Both the position numbers and the translations under genes were made by a program. Positions 48,526 through 51,206 of a stretch of DNA of 51,206 bases are shown here, piece by piece. The stretch comes from Vitrella brassicaformis CCMP3155 (taxonomy: Eukaryota > Protista > Chromerida): positions 1-51,206 of the forward strand of contig CDMY01000565.1 of the NCBI GenBank assembly GCA_001179505.1. The letters are read 5' to 3'. Every line of letters starts with the position of its first letter. Position 1 is the stretch's first letter. The notes below the pieces were generated by a model. It had not been told where the DNA came from. It did not search any database and saw nothing but the letters and a program-made list of their open reading frames with translations.

Positions 48526-49224
48526 CTGAATGAATCGTGCCGAAGTGACAAGTGAGCAGCGGAGAGCATTCACGTGTGCATCTGTGGTGTCTCCCCGACG
48601 TCAGGGTGTTTGTATGGCTCCGAGATTTCCATGTGATGCTGGTTGGGTGAGAGGCCTGTTTGTTGGCCGGCCGACAGACAGACAGACAGACAGCGATTCT
48701 TTGTCAATGTGTCCACTCATGTGTCGTTCTGCGTGGCGTATAGTATGGATGGCTCACGACTGACTGAGCGGTGTGGTCCCTTGTGTACGTTTGCGGGGGG
48801 CGATGGTGCTGCCTGGGGGGTGCGAGTGTGTGTGTGTGTGGCATTTTGGATGCGAGTGACGTCACCGCGGCATGATGGTCCGTCATGCCATGACGTGTAC
48901 GCCGTTGTTTCCCTGACCTCATCGGCTCAATCGTTTCTCTGTCACGTGTTGTGATATGCGAGTGGCTTTTATGTAGATGAGTCGATCACGACTCTTTGGT
49001 GGCTGGCCGGTGTGTGAGTGTGGTGGACATTGCCCATGCTGACGTCAGTGAGTCAGGATGGTCCGTAGTTGGTCGAACCAGTATGCAAATCGATGGATGG
49101 ATGGATGACGTGCCCTTCCTTGCTTGTAGAGGTATGTGGTAGAGCAAAGAGGCAGGCAGAGGCTTAATTGACGTGTGCGTACTGCGAGGGTCGGATGCAT
49201 CGACACCGCGGGGAACCGACAGAT

Positions 49225-49744
49225 CAAATCATCGCATGGCGTGGCCGGATGTGTGGATGTTGCTGCATGACTTTATCCATCAACGAAGAAGATGTTCGTG
49301 TCGGTCATTGTTTGGTCAGCAGATCAGCATCGTCAGTGGACCTTACTGCTGTTTCTCCCACCCCACCGCCACGAGGGCCTTCCCCCTCTCAGCCTTCGCG
49401 CAGCGCACAGCAAAGCCGGGAGTGTCTCTCCCTTTGTCAGTTAGATGTCGCGTGGCGCCTGTCGACAACACACACGTCAGAAAGAGGTGTGGCGTCCACC
49501 TGCGCACACCGATTGTCGGCACCGTGGAAGAGCGAGCAACGCCGAGAAGCAAATTTCCATTTTGGCGAGAATTTGAGACGGAGACGGCTTTCGCGAAAAT
49601 GGCGTTCTCTCTGTTCTTCGCTTCGGCCGAGTCAGCACACAGCAGAACGCACTCTCAAGCTCTCTGCTGGTTGCTTCTTTTGGGCTTCGCAAAGTCACTG
49701 TCACATCGCTTCCCCCGCATCGAGTTGTCCCTGCCTGTGCCGAG
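49225..49744 (+). repeat. Conserved non-coding block upstream of kinase K3
   Basis: Reverse-complement homologue of 19617-20135. Confidence 0.8.
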
Positions 49745-50494
49745 ATGGCTCACCCGCCGCAAGTTCCAGGCTTCATCAACAGGAACTTCGATGAGATTCG
49801 ATATTTGGGAGAGGGCGGGTTCGGGGTGGCATGGCAGGCGCATGCCAGGGAACCAGGGGACGCAGTAGAACTCGATGAAGACATCGACATCCACATCGAC
49901 GACGAACACCGAGGACCCGAGGCCGAGCTGGTCGTCAAGATGGTAAGCATGCAGTCCATGGGCACAGAGAGCGGGGCATTAGTTGGTGCGTTGTGTATGT
50001 CTCACACATACACATACATGGCTCATTTCCTCTGGTGTGTGGCCGGGTGTGTTGTGCTTGCGTTCCTGCAGAATAAGCTCGGCCAGGGGCTCCTCGACGC
50101 GCTCCAGCGTAAGCGAAGTCAACATGGAAACATGCACGTATCTGCTGCTGAATGTGATCCTTCTTCATTCAGGCGAGCATACCTTCATGGACTCCGAGAT
50201 GTTCCCCGACATCAAAGATTGTCCCAATGTGATGTCGTCCCTGGCCTTCAAGAGCTACCCCGAGGAGGGCAGGGGCTACCTGATCATGGAGTACGGCGGC
50301 CCCACGCTCTCCAGGAAGCTGTGGGACCACGCGCAGGACGGACTGCCGCGGGAGGAGGTCAAGGAGATCAGCCAGCAGCTCGTCAACGCACACAGGGCGC
50401 AGGGCAGGACCACTGGCCCAGGGAGGTGAGGAGAGCCGCCACATCAGATAGAGGAGAGAGGGAAAAAGGGAGAATCACTCCTTGACCTTCTCAC

Positions 50495-50526
<32 letters not shown>

Positions 50527-51206
50527 GTGTGATGGATACAGTGATGTATCGCGACCACAAGCTGGATAATGTGGTGGTGGATGACAATGGGCTGGTGCGC
50601 CTCATCGACCTGGGGTGCTGCAAGGTGGTGGGAGAACCGTGGAAGCTCGAAGACCTGGAAGCGTGGGTCCAGGGATTCCGGCCGACGGAGGTGCTGTTGA
50701 GGTTCGAGCCCCCTCAGCTCGAGTACGGCGTCAAGGCCGACATCAGCGCCCTGGGCCAGCTGTTGTTTCGGACCGCATACGGCCGCTCGCCGTTTCAGAG
50801 GGTGGTCAACGGGGAGGCGGTGGACGTGGCCGACGACGCTGAGGCCTTGCGGGAGATGATAGAGGTGTATGGCCCGCCCACACCGCACGGAGGGATGTGG
50901 CCCGCGGGCGCACTCCATCAGGCGGAAGAGGTCCTGCCGGGGCAGGTCGGTGGCCAGGTCAAGACGGAGCAGGAGGTCAAGGCCGAGCTGGCGGCGCGCA
51001 TGACGGCGCTGCGACCGCAGCTCAACATCACGCCGGAGGAGCTTGACTTCTTCTACAAGTACGCAGACACCACACACACACTCCAATGGCATCTCATGCA
51101 GACACCACACACACACGCCAATGGCATCTCATGCAGACATCATGAAGTCACTCCCCTTCTTTCTGTCCGCTGATGTGTGTCCATTTCAGTGCATTGCACC
51201 CCAACC
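49745..51206 (+). pseudogene. Protein kinase copy K3 (probable frameshift; runs off the window end)
   Basis: MAHPPQVPGFINRNFDEIRYLGEGGFGVAW..LVVKM..YRDHKLDN..LIDLG..GFRPTE. The exon ending at 50425 is 10 nt longer than in K1/K2 (35 vs 25 nt from the HT/HR codon), which changes splice phase. Confidence 0.65.

Noticed and set aside
1-51206. CRISPR arrays, rRNA, tRNA (including tRNA-Sec), transposase or reverse-transcriptase ORFs
   Set aside because: None recognised by eye. The periodic repeats are simple microsatellites without spacers. A tRNAscan-SE/Infernal run would be needed to exclude small RNAs.

Overview
Eukaryotic, GC-rich, very intron-dense DNA whose short introns are filled with (CA)n/(TG)n, (GA)n, (GGAT)n and (GACA)n repeats. 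The style and gene families suggest a chromerid alveolate such as Vitrella brassicaformis (inference; no search run). Conserved genes: Nup155-like nucleoporin (-, 541-10315), a small ZNF706/4F5-like zinc-finger protein (-), a large degenerate FAAL/DIP2-like adenylation-domain protein (-) head-to-head with an XMAP215/ch-TOG (CKAP5) gene (+, 30461-42054), a discoidin+TSR transmembrane protein (+), and a 5-exon selenoprotein W gene (-, 46337-46916). Between them lie islands of duplicated lineage-specific genes: three paralogous protein kinases, F-box-like genes and two disabled ankyrin genes, plus three assembly gaps. The strongest hidden signal is the SelW gene, which the ORF track cannot show. 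It has an in-frame UGA in a CGAU motif and, 79 nt past the stop, a complete SECIS-like hairpin with a non-canonical GUGA core and CC in place of the apical AA. Other signals: reciprocal precise intron presence/absence among the kinase paralogues, a conserved ~500 bp non-coding block upstream of them, strand-polarised CA...TG introns, and three GC-AG introns in CKAP5. Gene models were built by eye, so boundaries of the long genes are approximate.
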